DNA of 9,516 nt from a virus (IMGVR_UViG_3300029722_000071:1-9516), one strand, 5' to 3'. Positions 1-6,282 are shown, counted from the stretch's first letter. The notes: generated by a model from the sequence alone, not told the origin. A program made the numbers and translations.

Positions 1-19
1 CTAATGGCGGTATGTGATA

Positions 20-95
20 TGGTGGCCCTTGCTGGATTTGAACCAGCGACCTGGCGATTATGAGTCGCTCGCTCTCACCACTGAGCTAAAGGGCC
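20..95 (-). tRNA. tRNA with CAU anticodon, tRNA-Ile2 (lysidine-type, ileX/ileY/ileZ-like); elongator tRNA-Met not excluded
   Basis: Reverse complement of 20..95 is GGCCCTTTAGCTCAGTGGTGAGAGCGAGCGACTCATAATCGCCAGGTCGCTGGTTCAAATCCAGCAAGGGCCACCA (76 nt): 7-bp acceptor stem, D arm GCTC/GAGC, anticodon loop CTCATAA (anticodon CAT), T arm with GGTTCAAATCC, encoded CCA. Overall pattern matches E. coli tRNA-Ile2 as I recall it. Confidence 0.8.
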
Positions 96-135
96 GGGCG
101 CAGGATAATAACGGTACGTAACTAATCCTGCAATA

Positions 136-1194
136 TCATCCATTCTGACTGACTAAATCCTGTACTTCCCTGACCGTCTGCTCAAAACGTTCAGTCTCCA
201 GCTCAACGCCAGTTGCACGACGCCCCAGCGCCATCGCAGCTTTGACTGTCGAACCCGACCCCATGAAGAAATCTGCAACCAGGTCACCCGGACGACTGCT
301 CGCACTGATTATCTGCTGCAGCATTTCTGCCGGTTTTTCGCACGGATGTTTCCCGGGATAGTACTGCACCGGTTTATGCGTCCACACATCCGTGTACGGT
401 ACCTGCGCAGTTACGCCAAAATACCGCCGCAGATGCTTATATTCACTCTGCAGTTCCGCATACTGCCGGTTCAGTGAAGTATACGTCTCCAGCAGCTGGT
501 GGTGGGGCTTTTCCAGTTCACCGCGCTGATGCTTCTCTTCTGCCACCCGGGCAAACAGCGCCTGTAATTTCAGATAATCGCTTTCGTTCGGTAGCTGCCA
601 CTGACCGGCACTGAACCAGTGCGACACCATGTTTTTCTTTCCTGTGGCATCCACTATCTGTTTTGCCGTTATCCCCAGGGCAGCACGCGCATCACGAAAG
701 TAAGCAATCAGCGGAGCCATCACATGCTGTTTCAGTGCCCTGCCCTTCGCCTCATACCCGGCATCTTTCGGGCGATACGGCCCCTGATAATGTTCCGCGA
801 ACAGAATGCGCTCTGTGGCGGGGAAATACGCCCTCAGGCTTTCCTTGTTGCACCCGTTCCAGCGTCCGGACGGCTTCGCCCAGATAATATGGTTCAGCAC
901 ACTGAAGCGTTCACGCATCATGATTTCGATATCAGATGCCAGGCGATGGCCACAGAACAGGTAAAGACTTCCGGCAGGTTTCAGCACCCGCCAGAACTGC
1001 GCAAGACACTGGTCCAGCCATTTCAGGTAATCATCGTCGCCCTTCCACTGGTTATCCCAGCCCTCAGGCTTCACTTTAAAGTACGGCGGGTCCGTGACTA
1101 TCAGGTCAACAGAATTTTCGGGTAACGACCGGATAAATTCCAGGCAGTCGGCGTTGATTAACTCACAACTGGATATTTTTACAGTGTTAAACAT
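136..1194 (-). CDS. DNA methyltransferase, beta-class N6-adenine/N4-cytosine type (orphan; no adjacent restriction gene)
   Basis: 352-aa ORF with catalytic DPPY motif near the N-terminus (IVTDPPYF) and the SAM-binding FxGxG motif near the C-terminus (DFFMGSGST), the motif IV-before-motif I order of beta-class amino-MTases. ATG start at 1194. Target sequence cannot be inferred. Confidence 0.85.
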   Translation of the reverse strand: MFNTVKISSCELINADCLEFIRSLPENSVDLIVTDPPYFKVKPEGWDNQWKGDDDYLKWLDQCLAQFWRVLKPAGSLYLFCGHRLASDIEIMMRERFSVLNHIIWAKPSGRWNGCNKESLRAYFPATERILFAEHYQGPYRPKDAGYEAKGRALKQHVMAPLIAYFRDARAALGITAKQIVDATGKKNMVSHWFSAGQWQLPNESDYLKLQALFARVAEEKHQRGELEKPHHQLLETYTSLNRQYAELQSEYKHLRRYFGVTAQVPYTDVWTHKPVQYYPGKHPCEKPAEMLQQIISASSRPGDLVADFFMGSGSTVKAAMALGRRATGVELETERFEQTVREVQDLVSQNG

Positions 1195-1330
1195 GGATCA
1201 TTAAGCCTGTCTCTGATAGGCTCATTCTGCTTTTGCGCAAAGCAGTGGGCCTGAGGTTTGCTTGTGATCCGGACGCATGAGCAGATGGCTGGTGAGTGCC
1301 CCTAACACCCACCAGCCGCCCATTTACCAC

Positions 1331-1358
1331 AAATAAAAAAGCCTTCAGGACTGAAGGC
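1331..1358 (-). terminator. Rho-independent terminator for minus-strand transcripts
   Basis: Plus strand 1341..1358 gccttca-ggac-tgaaggc (7-bp stem, 4-nt loop) preceded by aaataaaaaa (1331..1340), so the minus-strand RNA has the hairpin followed by a U-run. Overlaps the stop codon of the 1345..1542 gene. Confidence 0.7.
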
Positions 1359-1542
1359 GTCTGTAACAACCGAACTGATAGTCTGCCAGCCCCGCCATAA
1401 CAAGCTGGGTCAGTATTAACTGACAGCGTTCGCGTGAAAGGTACGTATTCTGTGCAATCTCCCCGACTGTCGCCGGTTCGGTGACGCTTAATTCATTAAA
1501 CACCACTCTGGCGGTTTCGGTCATATCCTGCTGTTTCAGCAT
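1345..1542 (-). CDS. small winged-helix DNA-binding protein (65 aa), hypothetical; FaeA/PapI-like pattern possible
   Basis: Track ORF 1345..1665 shortened to the internal ATG at 1542 (MLKQQDMTETARVV...), which has an AGGGA Shine-Dalgarno about 7 nt upstream; the longer N-terminal extension runs through an upstream terminator hairpin. Sequence TVGEIAQNTYLSRERCQLILTQLVMAG looks like a helix-turn-helix/wing. Confidence 0.5.
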   Translation of the reverse strand: MLKQQDMTETARVVFNELSVTEPATVGEIAQNTYLSRERCQLILTQLVMAGLADYQFGCYRRLQS

Positions 1543-1663
1543 GTCTTTTTCCCTTTTCCGGTTAACGTGACACACCAATAACTCTTGTCGAAAAAGCCAG
1601 CAAGCTGAAAGAACGGTATTAATAACCACCAGCGAATTTATTGCGCTGCTGTATATTACGGAC

Positions 1664-1686
1664 ACAAAAAAACCACCTTCCGGTGG
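1664..1686 (-). terminator. Candidate intrinsic terminator (tR-prime-like) downstream of the Q-like gene
   Basis: Plus 1673..1686 ccacc-ttcc-ggtgg (5-bp GC stem, GGAA tetraloop on the minus strand) preceded by a 7-A run (1666..1672), giving a U7 tract after the hairpin on the minus-strand RNA. About 75 nt downstream of the Q-like stop. Confidence 0.5.
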
Positions 1687-1759
1687 CTTCCTTGTGCGAA
1701 AAAAACTTGCATTTCGCCTCGCGATACAGCCTTGCGAAGCTTATACGGATTGAAGCAGT

Positions 1760-2332
1760 TTATTGATCAGTTTGCAACATTTTTTTCTCTGTAACAAAAG
1801 CCATACGCATGGGGGCATGTAACATAAATTCAGATATCCCCAACCACTGATCAATTCGGCGTCTGCACGTAACCAACGTCCACTCAGGATGATCTGCATT
1901 TAACCTTTCGGCCATTTTCAGTTTGCTCATTCCCCGTCCTTCGTACCTTTGCCGGAGAATATTGATTAGTCCGGGATATTCCCCAAGCACCTCACTGATA
2001 ACGCGATCAATAATCAACGCCTCTGTGTCTGTACAATGTGACAACCAGCTCTTCTGCTTCCCTCTGGTCATATCCCGAAAAAATGCCTCAAGTTCCGGTT
2101 TTTCCAGCCCGGATTTCTTCATTCTGCGTAAAACCTCATTAACTGCTGTTTTCGTCAGCTTTTTCGAAACCAGTAACCGGTTAAACATATTTCCGGATTT
2201 ACCCCCACCGATATACGACCACCGCCCCCACATCCGTAATTTCCCCTGGATCCAGACTGCTTCCAGCGTGTTCAGGCGTAAATGTTCGCCGCTTTTGCCT
2301 GTAATTTCCGGATATATCATATTTACGCTCAC
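1760..2332 (-). CDS. putative late-gene antiterminator Q-like protein (190 aa); function assigned mainly by synteny
   Basis: Lies immediately downstream of rusA with a GTGA stop/start overlap, as Q does in phage 82/DLP12-type lambdoids, and is followed by a promoter-sized gap and a terminator. N-terminal WGRW motif resembles the WGAW of QuuD-type Q proteins as I recall them. No motif-level proof. Confidence 0.5.
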   Translation of the reverse strand: MSVNMIYPEITGKSGEHLRLNTLEAVWIQGKLRMWGRWSYIGGGKSGNMFNRLLVSKKLTKTAVNEVLRRMKKSGLEKPELEAFFRDMTRGKQKSWLSHCTDTEALIIDRVISEVLGEYPGLINILRQRYEGRGMSKLKMAERLNADHPEWTLVTCRRRIDQWLGISEFMLHAPMRMAFVTEKKMLQTDQ

Positions 2333-2694
2333 TCACTCTCAATTTTGTAAATCTTCACACCCAGCCGACCACCAAGAACAAGCTGACCACGTACAATATT
2401 GATTTCATCAAACTGCTCATCGTCCATTAACAACCCCGCATGCGTAAGCGCATCCAGCGGTGCTTTCAGAATATTGTCCAGGTCACGGCGGCGCTTATCC
2501 GGTGGTTCTGCAATAATTTTTATTGCCAACCGTCCGGACAGGCTTAATTTCAAGCGCTGCTGGCGAACAATAAGCGCCACTGCCCGGCGATAACGCTCCC
2601 CGGCTTTTGATACAAAATATGTGCTGCCACGGCGTCGCCAGTAAGTGTTCACCGTCGGCGGGTAAGGCAAAACAAATTCTATGCGTTCGGTCAT
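2329..2694 (-). CDS. rusA: RusA-family Holliday junction resolvase (crossover junction endodeoxyribonuclease)
   Basis: 121-aa product MTERIEFVLPYPPTVNTYWRRRG...PDKRRRDLDNILKAPLDALT...GGRL matches the E. coli RusA pattern (LPWPPS.N.Y, PDRRRRDLDN, GGRL). ATG at 2694 directly follows the upstream stop. Confidence 0.9.
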   Translation of the reverse strand: MTERIEFVLPYPPTVNTYWRRRGSTYFVSKAGERYRRAVALIVRQQRLKLSLSGRLAIKIIAEPPDKRRRDLDNILKAPLDALTHAGLLMDDEQFDEINIVRGQLVLGGRLGVKIYKIESE

Positions 2695-3759
2695 TTATGC
2701 TTTCCACTTCAGAACACCCGAATTTCTCGCGTGCATTAAAAAACGAATCAGCAACAACAGCTGACTGCCGTGTTTCTCTTCAAAATCTTTTACTCCGGCG
2801 TGTAGTTCGTTATGGCATTTACGGCACAGCGGAATAACAAACAAATCGTCAGCCTTTGTTCCCATCCCTCCCAGTCCATGACCAATGATGTGATGCGGAT
2901 CATCTGCCTGATTGCCACACGTCATGCATTTCTGCGTTTTTACCCAGCGCGTGTATACAGGCATCTCTTCCCGTTGTGGTTTCTGGCGCTGGAGATACTG
3001 AGCCGGAGATTCCGGATCAACGGCAATGCTGACCACCGTCTTTTCCTGTGGTGGGTTCTGTTGCTGGTGCTGGTGGACGTGAGGCGGTAGCGCAATATTT
3101 TTTGTGCGCTGCTTCAGTATGCTGGTGGCTGTCTGTTCTCCCGGTACGATGTCGCTCTCACTGTATACGGAGCGGATTTTTTTCACCGGTAATCCCAGTG
3201 AACGACGCAATACAGACTCCGGAAGCGCATCAGCCACCTGATTGCAGACCGCCCACCAGGATAATTCGGCCAGCGATAACTCCCTCTCCTGCGTACCGCT
3301 GATTGCGTGACGGATGACGTCAATCATCCATGCTGACAGGTTTTGATGAGCAAGTTGCCCGAGTGATTCGGATGTCTGGTCACGCAGCTGGTTGTCGCAG
3401 TGCCAGCACAACACCATCGCGCCGGTACCGTAACGATGTATGACGATTTCACTGTGATGATAGTCACCATGAGGCCACTGGCAGGATTTGACATGACGCA
3501 ACAGCCAGTCAGACAGTGCCCCAGCACCACCAGCAGCACGAATCACCCGATCATCGCTGAAAAATGGCAGTAATGATTTATCCTCCGCCAGCGGCTGGCG
3601 AACAGCAGGGACGACTCCGGACGGCAGATTACGCATGCTTTTCGGTTCCGGCTCCACCAGTACCCGGGTATTGTGGAATACCGGCATGGATTCACGGCCC
3701 GGCTTAACGATCACCAGCCCGAGTTCCGGTACCAGAACAGGTCGAAGTAATACCCGCAC
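2695..3759 (-). CDS. DUF968-family (YdfU-like) protein with C-terminal HNH-type zinc-finger nuclease motif
   Basis: 354-aa ORF; C-terminus CMTCGNQADDPHHIIGHGLGG...PLCRKCHNELH has the Cys pairs and His residues of an HNH zinc finger. GTG start at 3759 has a GGAGG Shine-Dalgarno 4 nt upstream. Same position relative to hok as ydfU in the K-12 Qin prophage. Confidence 0.75.
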   Translation of the reverse strand: MRVLLRPVLVPELGLVIVKPGRESMPVFHNTRVLVEPEPKSMRNLPSGVVPAVRQPLAEDKSLLPFFSDDRVIRAAGGAGALSDWLLRHVKSCQWPHGDYHHSEIVIHRYGTGAMVLCWHCDNQLRDQTSESLGQLAHQNLSAWMIDVIRHAISGTQERELSLAELSWWAVCNQVADALPESVLRRSLGLPVKKIRSVYSESDIVPGEQTATSILKQRTKNIALPPHVHQHQQQNPPQEKTVVSIAVDPESPAQYLQRQKPQREEMPVYTRWVKTQKCMTCGNQADDPHHIIGHGLGGMGTKADDLFVIPLCRKCHNELHAGVKDFEEKHGSQLLLLIRFLMHARNSGVLKWKA

Positions 3760-3760
3760 G

Positions 3761-4039
3761 TTACCTCCAGATGCGTTGCTGGAATGTGCGGGACGGACGC
3801 GGTGGGCGTTCAGAGTAAGGAAGCCTGACGGAGATTATCCAGTGACGATAATCGAGGCTGAGGGTTTTCCTAAACTCATACCCACGTCTGCGGTAGTTCT
3901 GAATCAGCCATTCGGCCTGTTCTTCAGTGCATGGGGCGTGCTGTAACCAGTCAGATTTGAATGCATGAGAACGCCGCCCGTGCCTGCTGGCAAAGACGGC
4001 TGAATTATCAGAATTGTATAATTTGGTATCGTGCGCCAT
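3761..4039 (-). CDS. hypothetical protein (92 aa); positional equivalent of rem in Qin-type prophages
   Basis: Track ORF 3761..4120 shortened to the ATG at 4039 (MAHDTKLYNSDNSAVF...), because the TTG-initiated extension overlaps the hok terminator U-tract. No recognisable motif. Confidence 0.5.
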   Translation of the reverse strand: MAHDTKLYNSDNSAVFASRHGRRSHAFKSDWLQHAPCTEEQAEWLIQNYRRRGYEFRKTLSLDYRHWIISVRLPYSERPPRPSRTFQQRIWR

Positions 4040-4110
4040 CGGTTGTCTCTGCTGGCGCAGCAGGTGCCAGTTGTTCAGGCTGGCGTGCGAATTGTAAACC
4101 AGAATGCCAG

Positions 4111-4138
4111 GAAAAAACAAAACCCGCCGAAGCGGGTT
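4111..4138 (-). terminator. Rho-independent terminator of the hok transcript
   Basis: Plus 4121..4138 aacccgc-cgaa-gcgggtt (7-bp stem, UUCG tetraloop on the minus strand) preceded by gaaaaaacaa, giving a U-rich tail on the minus-strand RNA. An additional 9-bp hairpin ggcgaggga/tccctcgcc lies at 4179..4200, where an fbi-like hok 3-prime element would be expected. Confidence 0.75.
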
Positions 4139-4206
4139 AAGTGCGGGTGCGTTGAGGATGCCTGACTCATCAGAGGTGGCGAGGGATTTCTCCCTCGCCA
4201 GGTCTC

Positions 4207-4362
4207 TTACTCCTCAGGTTCGTAAGCTGTGAAGACAGCGACCTCCGTCTGGCCGGTTCGGATTCGTACCTCGCAGAGGTCTTTCCTCGTTACCAGTGCC
4301 GTCACAATGACGGTAATACAGATGACGATCAGGGCGACTAACATCGCCTTTTGCTGCTTCAT
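4207..4362 (-). CDS. hokD: Hok/Gef-family type I toxin (51 aa), HokD/RelF-type
   Basis: Product MKQQKAMLVALIVICITVIVTALVTRKDLCEVRIRTGQTEVAVFTAYEPEE is nearly identical to E. coli K-12 HokD/RelF as I recall it. ATG at 4362 with AAGGAG Shine-Dalgarno; the track ORF extends in-frame to an upstream ATG at 4419. Confidence 0.9.
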   Translation of the reverse strand: MKQQKAMLVALIVICITVIVTALVTRKDLCEVRIRTGQTEVAVFTAYEPEE

Positions 4363-4409
4363 AGCCTGCTTCTCCTTGCCTTTCGGCGTGTAAGAGGCTA
4401 ACCTACATG

Positions 4410-4486
4410 TGACTAGCATGAAATTGGCCTCAGATTAATGTTAAGCGTCCTGCAAGACGCATAATGTTAACTGGGGCTTTTCTCTG
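4410..4486 (+). ncRNA. candidate Sok-like antisense RNA (approximate boundaries)
   Basis: Plus-strand region antisense to the hok leader around the upstream mok-like ATG: long-range stem gcctcag (4427..4433) / ctggggc (4471..4477) enclosing hairpin gcgtc-ctgcaa-gacgc (4445..4460), followed by uuuucucu. Position matches where sok lies in plasmid R1 hok/sok. Promoter not confidently located. Confidence 0.35.
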
Positions 4487-4535
4487 TCTGCCTTACGGTG
4501 GCATGCCCGAGGCAGACAGCCTCAAGCACCCGCAG

Positions 4536-4566
4536 CAATTCTACTTAACTCTCGCTTTACCGCAAA
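4536..4566 (-). promoter_or_regulatory. candidate sigma70 promoter of the hok mRNA
   Basis: On the minus strand: -35 TTGCGG (plus 4560..4565), 16-bp spacer, -10 TAGAAT (plus 4538..4543), about 7 nt before a 5-prime sequence GGUGCUUGAGGCUGUCUGCC that resembles the R1 hok mRNA 5-prime end as I recall it. Confidence 0.4.
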
Positions 4567-4577
4567 CCGTTTTTACC

Positions 4578-4599
4578 CGATATGGGAATTCCCATATCG
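4578..4599. promoter_or_regulatory. 22-bp perfect palindrome just upstream of the hok promoter; candidate protein-binding site
   Basis: cgatatgggaattcccatatcg is a perfect inverted repeat (11-bp arms, no spacer), about 12 bp upstream of the candidate -35. Not followed by a U-run on either strand, so not a terminator. Confidence 0.3.
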
Positions 4600-4607
4600 T
4601 AATGAAT

Positions 4608-4712
4608 TCAGTTCCCTAGTCGATCCATCAAAAACACAACCAGGCAGTAAACACCCACAACAGCAATAACAGCCAGCGCACCTTCCATTGCCAGTGAGAT
4701 ATCATCCGACAC
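4608..4712 (-). CDS. candidate small hydrophobic protein (34 aa) missing from the ORF track
   Basis: Minus strand reads AAAGGAGGGAAT-GTG TCG GAT GAT ATC ... TGA, giving MSDDISLAMEGALAVIAVVGVYCLVVFLMDRLGN: a strong Shine-Dalgarno 4 nt before GTG and one predicted transmembrane helix. Start codon uncertain (in-frame ATG at 4688 would give 26 aa). Confidence 0.3.
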   Translation of the reverse strand: MSDDISLAMEGALAVIAVVGVYCLVVFLMDRLGN

Positions 4713-4827
4713 ATTCCCTCCTTTGGTGTTAATCCCGGCGAACGCTTTTACCCACACCGACAAATAACATATACTAAAAAAGCGATAGCCATAGCAACGC
4801 CTGTAATTGCAAATGCTTCAGGCTAGG

Positions 4828-5745
4828 TCATTGGCGTACCTCCTTCGGCGGTTCTGGTAGCGGCATCCAGTGGGTTACTTTCGATGCCGGTTCTTCCCCA
4901 TTGTCAGTAACTGCCCACCATTTGTTTCTCGAACAATCGTAATACCCTTCGAAGGTATCGCACTCAGTCCAGCCGTAAGACTTACCCCAACACCAAACAT
5001 ACTGTTTATCGTTCGGCATTCGCTCACTACAGCTTATCCAACCATCCGGAGTTACCGGAGAGTTGCCCGATAGTGCATTCTGCTCCAGTGATGCTTTTAC
5101 AAACCACGCTGCCTGAACTATAACGCCATGAATCCAGCGCAAATCAGCATCGCGATCTTTCTTTTTCATCTTTTCGCCACTTAAGGCCTTGCTTATGTGG
5201 CTGCGTACCAGGTCTTCATGCAATTCCTTCGCCTCCTCAATGGTGAAACCACCAGGCAGAAGAGCCGGAGTTACCGGAGAGCTGGTTGACGCTTCCGGGA
5301 TTTCCCGAAAATTATTGGTTGACGAATTCTTGCTTTCCCGAAAGTTTCCGGACTGAAGCATGGCGGTGCGGCAGGCGTTCCATATTTCGGCAGCAATATC
5401 GCGCTCGCTATCGGTTAATTTGTACGTGGAAACATAGCCAGAGAGCATTTCTACGTTTTCCGGAGTTGCTTCTTCCGGCACTACCGGCGCTGGCGGGGCG
5501 GCAAATAGATATCCGCCAAAGTCAGGAAGCTCTCCAATGGCCTGTACGAACTTTTGTTTGCCTACGTCAACTCCTAATGGGTAATGAGCTATAATCTTTG
5601 CCACCGGCTCTGCTTCCAGCGATACCAGTGCAATTCGTGCCAGTTCTTCCGCTTCTTCTGCTGGCAGTACAACGTTGCTACCCGGTCCGTATGTTTCGCG
5701 CCACTGCTTGATTGTCAGCAGTCGCCCTTTGGTAATAGTGATCAT
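4828..5745 (-). CDS. DUF551 domain-containing phage protein (305 aa)
   Basis: C-terminus DGWISCSERMPNDKQYVWCWGKSYGWTECDTFEGYY...VTHWMPLPEPPK matches the DUF551 signature as I recall it. ATG at 5745 overlaps the upstream stop (ATGA). Confidence 0.8.
   Translation of the reverse strand: MITITKGRLLTIKQWRETYGPGSNVVLPAEEAEELARIALVSLEAEPVAKIIAHYPLGVDVGKQKFVQAIGELPDFGGYLFAAPPAPVVPEEATPENVEMLSGYVSTYKLTDSERDIAAEIWNACRTAMLQSGNFRESKNSSTNNFREIPEASTSSPVTPALLPGGFTIEEAKELHEDLVRSHISKALSGEKMKKKDRDADLRWIHGVIVQAAWFVKASLEQNALSGNSPVTPDGWISCSERMPNDKQYVWCWGKSYGWTECDTFEGYYDCSRNKWWAVTDNGEEPASKVTHWMPLPEPPKEVRQ
5046..5062. repeat. 17-bp perfect direct repeat, copy 1, inside the DUF551 gene
   Basis: ccggagttaccggagag at 5046..5062 and again at 5265..5281, 219 bp apart (in frame); both copies encode the S-P-V-T-P peptide. 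Confidence 0.7.
5265..5281. repeat. 17-bp perfect direct repeat, copy 2, inside the DUF551 gene
   Basis: Identical to 5046..5062. Confidence 0.7.
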
Positions 5746-6257
5746 GCCGCGTTTCCTTCTTTCTTATTAACAATCACACCGTCATATATTTCATTAAGGT
5801 GCCCTCTCAACTCCATGCGCCTTAATGCAGATAACATGTAATCGCATTCAACCTGCTTATTCCCAGTAAATGGCTTATCGTCAGGATTACCCCAACAGCA
5901 ATTACCCCTGGGCCATCCATGTACTTTCCGTACTCTTCCGTTAACAACGTGAAGTAATCCCCAGCCGGGAGGTAAATCCTCAACTGAAATAATTTCCGGC
6001 TCACTAATAAAGAATCGCCAGTCGCCCATGCCAAGTGAGGGATTTTTACGGAAACGCTTTTTTCTATCTGCCAACAAGTCAGCACGAGAACACTTCGCCT
6101 CTATCAGGCATGATGCTGAATTTCTGAATCCCATAGCATCTGGCTGTTCTCCGGTACTGGTTACAGCAACAAAGCGGTCATGAAAGCAAACCTTGAACCC
6201 GTTGCGCTTAAGGAACTTGTACGCAATCTGACAGAGTTCGTGGTGTGTTAACGCCAT
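5742..6257 (-). CDS. putative PD-(D/E)xK-fold nuclease-like protein (171 aa)
   Basis: Track ORF 5742..6290 shortened to the ATG at 6257, which sits behind the duplicated GGAGAG-TGA-n-ATG junction. Sequence ...VAVTSTGEQPDAMGF-8 aa-CLIEAKCSRADL has the hydrophobic-strand D ... E-x-K spacing of restriction-endonuclease-like nucleases. Confidence 0.55.
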   Translation of the reverse strand: MALTHHELCQIAYKFLKRNGFKVCFHDRFVAVTSTGEQPDAMGFRNSASCLIEAKCSRADLLADRKKRFRKNPSLGMGDWRFFISEPEIISVEDLPPGWGLLHVVNGRVRKVHGWPRGNCCWGNPDDKPFTGNKQVECDYMLSALRRMELRGHLNEIYDGVIVNKKEGNAA

Positions 6258-6282
6258 ATCACTCTCCTTTGATGCGAATGCC
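6255..6282. repeat. 28-bp duplicated gene-junction module, copy 1
   Basis: cat-a-tcactctcctttgatgcgaatgcc at 6255..6282; apart from one base it is identical to 7098..7125. Encodes the ...GIRIKGE-stop tail of the upstream gene, a GGAGAG Shine-Dalgarno and the ATG of the next gene. Confidence 0.75.

Noticed and set aside
20-95. tRNA as the prophage attachment site and prophage boundary
   Set aside because: Integration normally occurs at the tRNA 3-prime end, which here faces away from the prophage genes. Cannot be fully excluded without the flanking sequence.
1227-1245. Near-palindrome ctgcttt-tgcgc-aaagcag in the methyltransferase leader
   Set aside because: Short, imperfect, and not followed by a U-run; could be a leader hairpin but there is nothing to distinguish it from chance.
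1187-1369. 60-aa minus-strand ORF between the methyltransferase and the small winged-helix gene
   Set aside because: It spans the terminator hairpin and the methyltransferase start region, with no ribosome-binding site and low-complexity composition.
1687-1759. A precise Q-dependent late promoter and qut site between the Q-like gene and the first terminator
   Set aside because: Only weak -35/-10 matches (for example TTGCAA ... TTCAAT) could be found; not specific enough to annotate.
4040-4110. Promoter for the 3761..4039 gene (-10 TACAAT at plus 4091..4096)
   Set aside because: The only -35 candidate overlaps the hok terminator U-tract and is weak; the gene may instead be expressed by read-through.
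4363-4827. relB/relE antitoxin-toxin genes upstream of hokD, as in E. coli K-12
   Set aside because: No ORF of suitable size or sequence is present; the region instead carries hok leader-like structure and a small hydrophobic ORF.
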